From: Halocafeteria seosinensis
Lineage: Eukaryota
Reading direction: 5' to 3'
Assembly (NCBI GenBank): GCA_001687465.1
Contig: LVLI01000576.1
Coordinates: 1 to 57,118, forward strand
Length of the DNA: 57,118 nt
The notes under the pieces are model-generated. The model saw nothing but the letters and a program-made list of their open reading frames with translations. It did no database searches and was not told the DNA's origin. The translations under genes were made by a program, and so were the position numbers. Positions 1-10,490 of the stretch are shown piece after piece; the first letter of the stretch is position 1; each line of letters opens with the position of its first letter.

Positions 1-1123
1 TTTATTTAAGGCCTCCAAATATAAGCACTGCGTAGTCCAGCCTCCAACCGGCCCATGGCGGACGGTAACCTAGCCTGGCTGCCCAGCCCCCCTTGGTCTC
101 CCCAGCCTGTGGCGGACGATTTGCTTCAAATTACACGCTTCGCCCCACACGTGGGGGGGATGTCAAAGGAATGTTTGTTCTAAATTATATCTTTTTTGTA
201 ATTTTTTCCAGGGGGAGACTGAAGGGGAAGGTCTCACCCAGGGTACTTTAGCAGGCCTGCATCAATGCACAGCAATAACATCGACATAATGTTGTCAATT
301 CTCGTCATCTTCTTCTTCTACAGTTTCGTCATCAAGATGACCTAGCTCCTCATAACGGTAGTCGAAAGGACATTGCACCCTTGCATTCTTTTGTTCGGGC
401 TTCGCAACAACTTTCCACACCTCGTCCATTGCGACGTTTAAAGCCATCGTGATCAAAAAGCGGACTTACCAAAGGCATTCAAACTTTCCAAGCGTACAGT
501 ATTGCAGTATCCTCAGCCGCTATCAACTCACTGTTTTGAGATTGCATTTTCTGACATTCAAAAACAGGTTGCGACCTGGTGTGGCTCCGGTGTGGGCCCC
601 CTTGCCCACACCACCCGGCTTCCCCCGCACCAGACACCACCCACCACACCAGTCGGTCTCTGCCACCCACCGTACCCGGTAGTTGGCGGCTAGCCCATCC
701 GGAACCGGATCGCTGAGAAAAATTCACGTGTGGTGGGGAGTTGAACAAGCCAGTGGTTATTATTCAAGGCGAGAAGATTCGACATCTAGTCTACTCTTGT
801 TCGTATTATGCGCGTGGAACGAAACAGGTTCTTCTGATCGGCGTTTTTACGCCGATAACCGACGGCGGAAACGCATCTGCAGAATGTGAACGATTGTGTT
901 ACTCGTGTTAGGACCAACAAAAATTTCTCGGCGCATTGTGGGGGAACTGGAATTACTCCAGCTCAAGGGTGGCTTAAAACCATCGACACTTAAAAGAGGA
1001 CAAAGAAGTGGCTAGGGCTTCTCTGCGTTGCAGGTTAGTGGTTATTGTAGCTTCTAAAAGCATTCGTCGACGCTATTCGGCGAAGCGAAGTTTGTTTTTC
1101 AGGGCAGGAACATCTGTCCTTCG

Positions 1124-1960
1124 TCACGAGCGAGAAAGCTCACCGCTGCCCTCATATTTCCATCTCCCTCGATTTTGCTTAGGAAGCTCGGTGAAATTGC
1201 TACCGAAAAAGCTATTCAGTTTGTCAACACCATCTCTGGAGATGTTATAAACAATAAAGTTACAGTCACCTTGCAGCCGCGAAATAACTCGTTCATAATG
1301 GTTCGAAATCCAGCTGTAAATGTCCGAGTAGCGTCTCCCAACACCCGCAGGTAACCCGTCAAGATTCGCTTTACTGAGCCTCTTTAGATAACTCCCTCTA
1401 GGTGTGTTTTCTGCCCAATGAGTCATCGATAAAATCAAGTCTGGTATCCTTCTTACGTTAAGCACAAAACAACTGTCGTGGTACTGCCGTAGCAAAGTGT
1501 CCAGAAGCGAAACCTGAGGTAACAAGCAATCCCCGTGATCACAATGGTCGATCTGAGCAAACGCATCAAAGCCTGCTTTGTTGAGATAATGAAGCAGGTA
1601 TAGGCCTTTCGCGTACGCGCGACGAATGCTGTGAACAGCATGTTTTCGCTTATTTTTATTCCGCCCCACTCGGTACCCATTATGTACTGACCGACGACCA
1701 ATTGCCTTGTAGTAGCTGTGTAAACTAGTGGTCCCTGTTTTAGGGAAGCCTAAATTGATAATGTTCGGACATAATCGAGGGAGCTTGCACTCTCGGCGAG
1801 CGTTTGCCGAAGAATTTTCTGGTACGCTTCGGCCATGAAAGGCTGGGTTTCTAGAGTTGCCACTGGCAATGAGGAATACCATAACACAGAGCGTAGACGC
1901 CGCGAAGAAAATTAGCCCTTGGCGACGGCAGGTAAGCCAGCAGTTTTCTCTGTCAAACAT
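1124..1960 (-). CDS. Sulfotransferase-family protein (type II membrane, intronless)
   Basis: 278-aa ORF with an N-terminal TM anchor (GLIFFAASTLCVMVFLIA), a PAPS-binding 5'-PSB loop INLGFPKTGTTSL and a 3'-PB-like FVLNVRR...S segment. Confidence 0.8.
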   Translation of the reverse strand: MFDRENCWLTCRRQGLIFFAASTLCVMVFLIASGNSRNPAFHGRSVPENSSANARRECKLPRLCPNIINLGFPKTGTTSLHSYYKAIGRRSVHNGYRVGRNKNKRKHAVHSIRRAYAKGLYLLHYLNKAGFDAFAQIDHCDHGDCLLPQVSLLDTLLRQYHDSCFVLNVRRIPDLILSMTHWAENTPRGSYLKRLSKANLDGLPAGVGRRYSDIYSWISNHYERVISRLQGDCNFIVYNISRDGVDKLNSFFGSNFTELPKQNRGRWKYEGSGELSRS

Positions 1961-2051
1961 GGCTGCAACGGAGGATATGCTACACCAAGAGGACGCTGTA
2001 TTTCCAAAAGTGATCTACCACAAATGTTGTGTTCCGGATGGACTTTAGTCC

Positions 2052-2401
2052 AGACGGTCCTGTCAGAAACACACTGGGGGGCACTGTCCCACCTCCCACT
2101 CCCACCCACTCCCATCCCACGGGCTTAGCGCCCGGATCTCCGGGCTTGGAGCCCGGTCAACAAACAACCACCTAGACGCTGATGCAGCCGATAACATTTC
2201 TCTCTATCATCCGATCTTCGTTATAGCTTTAAGACGGTCCGGTCAGAAATACACTAGGGACACTGTCCCACCTCCCACACCCATCCGGCCGCAAAGATCT
2301 CCGGGCTTGGAGCCCGGATGCTTATGCTTTCAAACAGTCGCCTAGATGCTGATGCAGCTGATATTACCATTTCGCTCCATCATCCAAACTGCGTTACAGC
2401 T
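2052..2401 (+). repeat. Diverged ~180-bp tandem direct repeat (2 copies), each with a CCGGGCT-tgg-AGCCCGG hairpin
   Basis: AGACGGTCC.GTCAGAAA.ACACT.GGG...CACTGTCCCACCTCCCAC...GATCTCCGGGCTTGGAGCCCGG...CCTAGA.GCTGATGCAGC occurs at ~2052-2230 and ~2232-2401. Confidence 0.85.
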
Positions 2402-2639
2402 CAATTGACTTGCGGAAATCGAACGAGACTCGCGGTGGGTGGGTGGGTTTGTCATACTGCGTTCGTTAAAGTCCGTTCGGTACTTCGAGAACTGCGTTCT
2501 CGCGTCGGCATCGGAACTGCCCTTATAAAACCGGTAGCGTACTTGCTTGCGAACTTACGACTTCGGTCCGCATACTTCTGACGAACTTTGGACTACGCTC
2601 GCACATCTGTACTCACCGTTGCTGACATACTTGGGACGA

Positions 2640-4130
2640 TCGACTGATGGCAAAGCATTTGGGAGGTGACGTTCGGCATTGTCGGCCGTGTTGTTCCCGG
2701 TTACGCCCTTGCAATCCAGAGGCGCTTTAGAGGAAAACGCAGCTAAAACAGTCTGACCTGATCTTCCCAGCGCTATAGACGACAGGACGCTTCACCTCTC
2801 TATCAACGTATTGTCCTCGTTCGTTAACCACCACCCGGCCTTTCAGTAAAGAAGGACTGGAGGATTTTGTGGAAGGTGTGGACAGCCAACCGATGCTCCG
2901 AATGGAAACTGTGCGATTGCTGGTCATCATCCTCATCTGTAGTTCGTGGCAAACTGTCTGCTACCGATGCTTCCCATCTATAATACACGTATTGCTAATT
3001 TCCACCGGTCCCACTGAATCACTTTCTAGGCATTTTCATTCAAAGCGTGAACTTTTTGCGTTCTAATAATAGCATCATTTCAGTGGTTAAAGCAGTGTTT
3101 GAGCATGCAATTCTCATAGAAAATGTCAGCAGTTCGCCTTGCGTGAACTTCGTGCTTTTCTTCTGCAACAAGTATTCGCCACTCACAGAACGTCTTCCTT
3201 ATTCGTCCTCATTTGCATACTCCATAGCTAGCAAATAAGCTCTTGCTCTCGTTTCGAGTTTTCAGCTGCATCATGCCATACAGTTAGAAACTTCTTGGTT
3301 GTACGCTGTCTTATGACGCTTGGTAGCACGGAGCTTCAGTCACCGTTCAGTCACCGTTCAAAAGCAGATCGTCCTGAAGATCGCATCCGAAACGATTTGA
3401 GCTTGACCTTGCACGATTCGAGCTACTTCGATATAGAAAGCGTAACGTTTGAATAAATTCCAATACTTTTGTTCAGCCCCAATATGGTTTGTGTCCATTT
3501 GAGAACAGCATTCTGACATCCAACGTTTCCACGTGCGGCACCAACCAGCGATACCTTGATTTCAGGTCTGACGTTGAATTACGACCTGGAGCTTTGACTG
3601 CCTACTACCGCGGAAGCGAACGCGGTAAAAGCGGGCAGCTCTCCTCAGGTTTCATCTGAAGTAGTGGTAAGTGTATTCTCGTTGTGCCCAGTTTCTTAGG
3701 CCAGTGCCCTGCTTTCAAGGTTCTGTGCCGAATTTCTGGATCAAAACTACGAAGGCTGCTAGCTGATCTGATGCTCCAGCAACTGTCTCAACGAGACCCT
3801 GACTGGCTGATCATTCGTCAGCTTGCAGATACACTGCCCATTTAACCAGCTGCACCATGAGTTTATCACTAACGAGCAAACAATGGCTATGACGCACTTC
3901 CCACCAGGCGATTGATAGCCGTTGGACTTCTTAAGAGTCTTATGAGACCAGACTGCCATAACTATCATTTGAAGTAGTGAACGTGTTTGTTTCCGAAGAA
4001 AAATTGCCATCTCGAAGTAGTTCAGCAAGCACGACTGACAATTTCTCCGTCGTGATACATTGTCACGATTTCTCAAATGACGTTATTGAGTTTCCGTTGA
4101 TGTAATTTGGTTAACATCATTTTCTGACCG
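2640..4130 (-). pseudogene. Decayed protein-coding relic with Trp-spaced helical repeats (possibly Sfi1-like)
   Basis: Minus-strand frames give protein-like text broken by many stops and frameshifts: CRTWKRWMSE, KYWNLFKRYA, KKFLTVWHDAA, FCEWRILV, LKHCFNH*, WDRWKLAI. Confidence 0.35.
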
Positions 4131-4631
4131 CGGCCCTCAAAGAGGCCCCACACTCAAGACTCCAGGGCCGTTGTTCATATTCACTTGTCGGAGTTCCGAT
4201 ACTCCTGGATACTAGCCTGTACCTAGCCATGACGTCCCCAGGCGTTTCATAATTCCACAGTCAAACCATCCGAAGTCGATGGAACGGATTTTCTTACACA
4301 ATCGTTCCTGTTCAAATAATTATGAAGACGCATGCAGTTGTTTCCACGCGTTCCAATGCGTCTCAAAACGTCGCTTATAGCGCCACCCCCCGATGCCTCC
4401 TGAGCAAAACCAGTCTTGTATTGCCTCACGGCGCATGTCCTCAAGGCTGCTGGAACAGCGGGCTCGTCGCTGCTTCATGTCTCCTGAGCTTAACCAGTGC
4501 TGTGTTCCCTCACGGCGCATGTCAGCAAGGCTGCAGGAACAGCGGGCCCGTCGCTGCACAACACGGGCGCATACCGCTCCTCGTTAAGAGGATGTAGTCA
4601 ACTTCCCGGCCGGTGGGCTATCTGTCACATT

Positions 4632-4653
4632 TGTGTGTGTGTGTGTGTGTGTG
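4632..4653 (+). repeat. (TG)n microsatellite
   Basis: Read directly from the sequence. Confidence 0.95.
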
Positions 4654-5550
4654 CGCCCGTGTTAAGCACATCGGGGGAGCCATGCCTGCGCCCACAATGT
4701 CAGAGGTACCGACAAGGCTCAGTCTGGCAGGAGAAGACCCTGAGCCTGCCACAGCGGCGCCAACGCCAAGACCGGTTGCAGCAGCGCAGGCAGGATGAAG
4801 TGTTGCTCCCGACGCAACAGTTGTGACCAATGACAAGCCTCCACCTGACGCGGGAGAAGACCCTGAGCCTGCCACAGCGGCGCCAACGCCAAGACCGGTT
4901 GCAGCAGCGCAGGCAGGAAGACATCCTCTTCAGGGCAGCGTCTTGCTTAGACTGGCCGCCTAGAGCTACGCACACGGTAGATGATTTCGAGAGGTTTATC
5001 GACTTCAGGCTCCACGACAAGCGGATCCTCGTCCGCTGAAAGGGCTACCCAGAGGCAGCACGAACGTGGTAACCGGTTTCGTGGTTTCAGAAGGACCTGG
5101 GCAGCCGCACCTTCTTCGACCTCGAGCAGGAAATGTACTTCAATCTAGGCTATGTTGACGAAACTGAGGTGGACGGAACTCCTGGGGAGCCACCTCCCGC
5201 GTCAGGTGGTGGCTTGTCATTGGTCACAACTGTTGTGTCTGGACCAACACTTAATCCTGCCTGCGCTGCTGCAACAGGTCCTGGCGTCGCTGTGCCAGGC
5301 TCAGGGCCTTCTGCCAGGCTCAGGGCCTTCTCCTTCCAGACTGAGCCTTGACGGTACCCCTGACATCGTTGGCACAGGCATGGCTCCTCCTCCGATGCCT
5401 CCTGAGCAAAACCAGTGTCAGTGTTCTGTTCCCTCACGGCGCATGTGAGCAAGGCTGCAGGAACAGCGGGCCCGTCGCTGCTTAACACGGGCGCATACCG
5501 CTCCTCGTTAAGAGGATGCGGTCAACTCCCCGGCCGATGGGCTATCTGTC

Positions 5551-5553
<3 letters not shown>

Positions 5554-5592
<39 letters not shown>
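5554..5592 (+). repeat. (TG)n microsatellite
   Basis: Read directly from the sequence. Confidence 0.95.
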
Positions 5593-5593
<1 letters not shown>

Positions 5594-5988
5594 TAAGGTG
5601 TGGGGGGCTGGTGAGTAGCGATGAGGTAAGAGTTACTACGGGTATTACATGTGTAATACATGGATACATTTCCCAGTGTTTTCGCTCATGAAGGAGCTGA
5701 CGGTGAGCTAGCTCCAGGAGGGAAGTTGATCGTCGTTGATACATTCCAAGCTAGCCACAATTTGACTCCATTCAGGCTGAATAATTCAGCCAAGGCAAAA
5801 ATTTGCATCGAAAATTTGAAATCGCGGATTGTGAATTTACACAACGTGAAACTGAAACCGTGGTGACTTAGCCGCAAACAGTTGGGGCAATGTAGCATAT
5901 CGACGAGTCGACGACGACGACGACGATACAGTCTCGTTTGATCTTAAATTAAATCACGGAATACAGTTCGTAAAAAGTCCCATGAAGA

Positions 5989-6654
5989 ATGAGTCATGTT
6001 GGAGTGAATGCAAATAACGGCCACAGCTCAACTTCAATTGTCGGTGCAACTTCAGCTTCTACAAGCTCTACAGAAGCAAACACGACGTCATCCTACGTGA
6101 ATTCGAACAGAGCAGCTCGGTATGCACTCACAGCAGGAGGTGTGCTTGTTTCCTCTGCTGTAGAGTGTGGTGCAACAGCTGGCGGAGCAGCTGTTCAAGG
6201 AGCTGGCTCATTGGCAGCTAATGGATTAGGTATGTACCGCGATGTATTTAGCTTTGTATAGCAAACGGGAAAGCCTAACCGTTTGTTAATATTAAGCCAT
6301 TTGCGCAGGACGGGCAGTAGGACATTGTTCCAGCTATGTACTTGGAAATGGGGCTGGAACTGCTGTAGGAAGTGCCATTGATGTATCCCTTTCCGCCGCT
6401 GCATACACGGCTTCTTCAGGTATTATTTTCTGTGCATTAGAAGACTGCTATTTCTCTTCGTGGAATTCGCTCTTTGAATGTGATGAAATGCAGCTGTGTC
6501 ATTTACCGGAAGAGTTGTCGGCGCTACCGTTGGTTCGGCCCTCGGGTACCTCGGTTCTCACATCGATAGCGGCAAGGAGGAAGAACAGTCCCCTGCAGAC
6601 GATGGTGCAGAAGCGGAGAGAGAGAATATGAAGGCAGAGGATCATGAAAGTTAA
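5989..6654 (+). CDS. Small Gly/Ala-rich hypothetical protein (3 exons, glycine-zipper-like)
   Basis: Two GT-AG introns (~6230-6308, ~6420-6493) splice in frame to MSHVG...AANGLGRAVGHCSSYVLGNGAGTAVGSAIDV...VGATVGSALGYLG...EDHES*. Confidence 0.55.
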
Positions 6655-6687
6655 ATTCATACGCCTGTAATTCTAATATGCAAGGGA

Positions 6688-7188
6688 TCAGCACAGTCCT
6701 GATGCGGCCTCGAGGGCCTCGACTCTTTCGAGCCATTCACGGCACGAAGTGACATTCATCAGCGGAAACAATGTCTGTTGAAGCAATTACCGTAGGGCGT
6801 AAAGAAGGAAAGGCGTATGATAACTATTACGTCGTCAAGGCGATGGGAGGGGTGCCCCGAGTGCTTGCGGGGGAAATACTCAAACTGCAGAGTATACCAG
6901 GAGATGTCTGAAGCATTGAAGCCACTAGCCATCCTACGAGGACTGAAGTATTAGAAGCAGCGACGGACATGAACGCACTGTTTGCAGCCAATCACTCCGG
7001 CTGATACGAGTGACTGAGAATCAAAACTCGTCATTCTCACGGGAGACTTGCTCTTGAGAAACGATTACTGCGCTATTCCTCTTGCAACGAAATATCCTTA
7101 CCACGAAGCCTAACGCATTGCTTTCGACGGCGTAGTCTCTTGGTCCGCATCGAAGGTTTCGGCGAATAACATGTAACTGATGTACCAT
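6688..7188 (-). CDS. Small hypothetical protein (~100 aa, 4 exons)
   Basis: Three canonical introns join MVHQLHVIRRNLRCGPRDYAVESNALGFV|SLVSAGVIGCKQ|MASGF...HRLDD|TLFPLMNVTSCREWLERVEALEAASGLC*. No family was recognised. Confidence 0.35.
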
Positions 7189-7637
7189 ATGGTACCCGGG
7201 AAAGTTGTGGAAAAGAATGGCAAAGGAATGACAATCCTTTATTTACCGAAATCACGCACGCAGAGAGTTTTACCCCAAATTTTTGTTGACTTCCGGAGTA
7301 CCGGTATGCGCAGAAGTGAGGCCGGTTCCAGGAAAATGCGAAATAGTTCACAACAAAGTCATACCTAGTGCTAGCCACGACGAATAATATATAGCACACC
7401 ATTGTTTTTTCCCCTTCTTTCTCTGCATCCAAATAAATTGGTATGGTAGTATCCTTCGCTCTCCGCCTGCGATCTGCTGTAGTGGTCTCCTCGCAATTTG
7501 TCGCAAGGCGGAATCCGGAGCCGTTGATGGACGCTTCAGCGGCGGGGGTTCACTACACCATTTATCCCTCCGTTGAGATCGGTTTGTTTTCTGGTGCGTT
7601 GTTTTCTATGATGGTCTTCTTGTCTAGCTCGTTTTGA

Positions 7638-10302
7638 ATGGGAGAAAGACACAAGAACAACATGGTGGACGATGAAGAGCAGGGCACGATCCCTGTCCTC
7701 CAATACGTGGGGCGATGGGATCGCAGTTTTTACCAATACTACTGCCATCTCACGTTCAATTTGAAGGAAATGTGGTTCCAGCGCAAGGCCATGCAAGAAG
7801 GAGGGGCATTCACATTCAATGCAGCTTCAGGCGTGTCCGTGGGAGCGTCGAATTCGGAGCAATATGAAAAATTGACCGCTCATACTAGCGGCACGGGGAC
7901 CTCGGCGGCCTCGTCCAGTTCCAAGCCGACGTTGAACGACAAATCGCCCAAATTGCGGTCCCCCATCTCCAGTCAACGCTTCTCAGAAGATAACGGAACG
8001 GTCGTGGTACGTACTTTTGGAGCTGGGACCCTGGATGTAGCTGTCAGGAACGTGTTCTTATTTTGAAAAAATGCAGCTTCAAATTGGAAGAGCCAAAAAG
8101 GCCGATATTCGGCTGGATCTACCGAATGCCATGATTACTTCCAGGTTCGTCTACAGAGCTCATAGAGTAGAGTAATGTCTATTTTATACATCAGTGAAAC
8201 CACTCTTTGGTGCAGAAACCATGCATCCCTGTATATACGAAAACGCAACGCGGATGACAACACTGGGTTCCAATGCACCATCGAGGACCTCGGAAGTTTG
8301 AACTGCATGTACGTCAACTACGCCAAATTGGAAAAGCAATCGAAGAAATTAAGGTAAGTTATTGCACATAGATTTATCTACTTGGAAAAGCACGCAAGCT
8401 ATGCACGAGATGCCGAGGAGCGTTTGAGGGACTCTCACTGATTGCTTGAGGTAACTTCTCGCAGACATGGTGACATTCTTCACTTTGGAGGCGGAGCCAT
8501 TGCTGCTAATGAATCAGGCTATGCGGCTAATAAGATTGAGACACCTGTAAGTGCTTTAATGTACTGCGAGGACGCATGCTTCATGAGGAGTCACGTAGTG
8601 TGCATCTCTACAGTTTGTGTACATATTTCTCCGAGTACGAGGGGACGAAACAAATATTCCAGAACTGCCCTCTGCTCCAACTCACGTTAATTCAAAAGAG
8701 GAAATTACCGCTTATCTTCGAGAAGCGCTTCCTGATGATTTCAAAGAGAATGCTAAAGGCAAACGCTCCAATGAACAGGAGCCAAGCGGTAATGAGTCAC
8801 CCAAGAAAGTGAAACGCGCAAAACACTCTCACTCTTCACCAAAGAGAAAACCACAATTGGCATCTGCAAAGCCTGATACTGCACCAGCTTCACCTGAAAA
8901 GGAACCAGAGACGACGAACGGAGCTGCGAATACCACCGATCAAAGTGGGAATAGCGTAAAGACGGAACCTGAGGCAAAACTGGCGCAGTCAAGTGTAGCC
9001 GCACTGATGAATGAGCCTCTTCATCCTGATAATTCTCAGGAGAATGTAGCCACTAAAACTCGAATGTCTATCGACAAGAGCCAAACAGCTACTCAGCGGA
9101 GATTTGATATACCGTTGATTAACGTACGTGCTCGGAGTGTAATGTAAGGCTTCCAGCGTTTGACCCCTCTCGAGTTGAACACTGTCGATTGCAGCGCTTG
9201 ACTGCAATGCTATCTTGCCCTCTTTGTGAACAGCGGCTGGTTCATCCTTCTGTATTCCCTTGCTCACACGTGTTTTGGTACGTCGAGCGACAGTCGTTAA
9301 CCTGTTGAAAACGCCTAACGATGCCACCTGATATGTTCTGTGTACGGCACTCGCAGCTCAAAGTGTATCGTTCGTCAGTTACTTCTTCCTCTCCAAGAAG
9401 ACTTACGGTCTGTATTGAACGATTCCGACCATCAACAGGTGCGCAAAGATCTCATGACATACGATGTTTTCAAGAAAGCTTCAAGTGGCAAGAATTTCAA
9501 ACCGGAGTTGTTGATGCAAGGATGGATTAAGGCAAAGGGTGGAAAAGCTCAAGATATCTCCAAGTACCTTGTAGCTCGAGATGAGGAACACCCAGCACAT
9601 CTCTCCGGTTACAGTTGTCCGGTGTGCGAGTTTTCTCTTGTGCCTGAAGGCTGTGTCGTGCTACCTGATGACGTATGTCCTTCTTTCAAAGGATTGCACG
9701 AATTTGAGCCTGCCAACGAACGGTTTTTGTCTCTCCTAGGTTCGTTAAAAGCTATTCCGGTATCTGCTATCATAAGACGCTGTAGTAACCTGGAGCTAAT
9801 GCTGAGTGAATGGATCATAGGGTCTCACTCGGATGAGCAGGAACGTTACCAAAAGCGAATTGATAAAAGCAATGAGTTTTTGCAGAATGTTGGTGTCAAC
9901 ATCGGCATCGAACGAACGTACAAAACCTGGAGCACAACACTCCACCGAACTCTGCTGAGCACTCCCCCGGATGAGATTCCTGCGCCACGTGACATGCCGT
10001 CGCAGCCTCCAACTTCCCAGGCCGTCACAAGTTCTTCGACGCAGAGGAGTGCATCCAGTTCAGGGAAAAATTCAAAGAAGGATTCTTCGTTTGGAAAAAT
10101 GCTGAACTCGTATTCAAACCGTAAAGCAAACACCAAACAGAAGATATCTAATGATCCTTACTCTTCCAAGCGGGGTGGTTTATCCTCCAAGAAGCGGCGT
10201 CCAGAGATGCTACATGTCGGTTCTGATGGATACGATAGTGATGCTACCGAGGACGAGGACTATGATTCTGATGGCATTTCTAACTGGAGCGAAGATGATT
10301 AA
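7638..10302 (+). CDS. FHA + RING-finger E3 ubiquitin ligase-like protein (CHFR/RNF8/Dma-type architecture), multi-exon
   Basis: Spliced FHA domain LQIGRAKKADIRL...SRNHA...IEDLGSLN...VN...LRHGDILHFG (8077-8490). Spliced RING CPLC...CSHVFCSKC...CPVC (9214-9627). Acidic C-terminal tail. Confidence 0.75.
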
Positions 10303-10490
10303 AGCCACAAGCTGTTGTGGCAGTGGCACAACTGCGGTATATCATTTCCCTGGCACTTCACAACGAAGTCATGTGTCTCGCGTATAGAGCTCAAAACTCA
10401 TTCAATTGGCTTTCAATCTGATTGTAGTTTTGAGTACCACATGCATACACAGAATACACTCACTCAGTGAATCATTCCAATCTCTAGACA

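Larger units (their letters stand above)
4393..5592. mobile_element. Rearranged repeat/TE remnant: direct repeats ending in (GT)n, long inverted repeats and a central dead chromodomain
   Basis: ~4393-4653 and ~5394-5592 are direct copies ending in (TG)n. ~4654-4856 is the reverse complement of parts of ~5193-5494. The centre encodes FERFIDFRLHDKRILVR*KGYPEAARTW*PVSWF. Confidence 0.7.

Noticed and set aside
240..760. Minus-strand protein-like fragment (AMDEVWKVVAKPEQKNARVQCPFDY) and hairpin GGTGTGGGC/GCCCACACC at 589-612
   Set aside because: Too short and interrupted to assign. It is probably a TE or gene remnant at the window edge.
4393..4920. Repeat-spacer appearance suggesting a CRISPR-like array
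   Set aside because: The units are long, degenerate and irregular with no unique equal-length spacers, and the context is eukaryotic with no cas genes.
5037..5072. TGA at a conserved chromodomain Trp, suggesting stop-codon reassignment or selenocysteine
   Set aside because: A TAA also interrupts the domain, and intact genes in the window end in TGA, TAA and TAG. Ordinary decay explains it.
5869..5930. (CGA)n near (GT)n, resembling the arrangement at 33330-33425, as a shared element
   Set aside because: Only simple repeats and an 8-mer (TTAGCCGC) are shared, and spacing and order differ.
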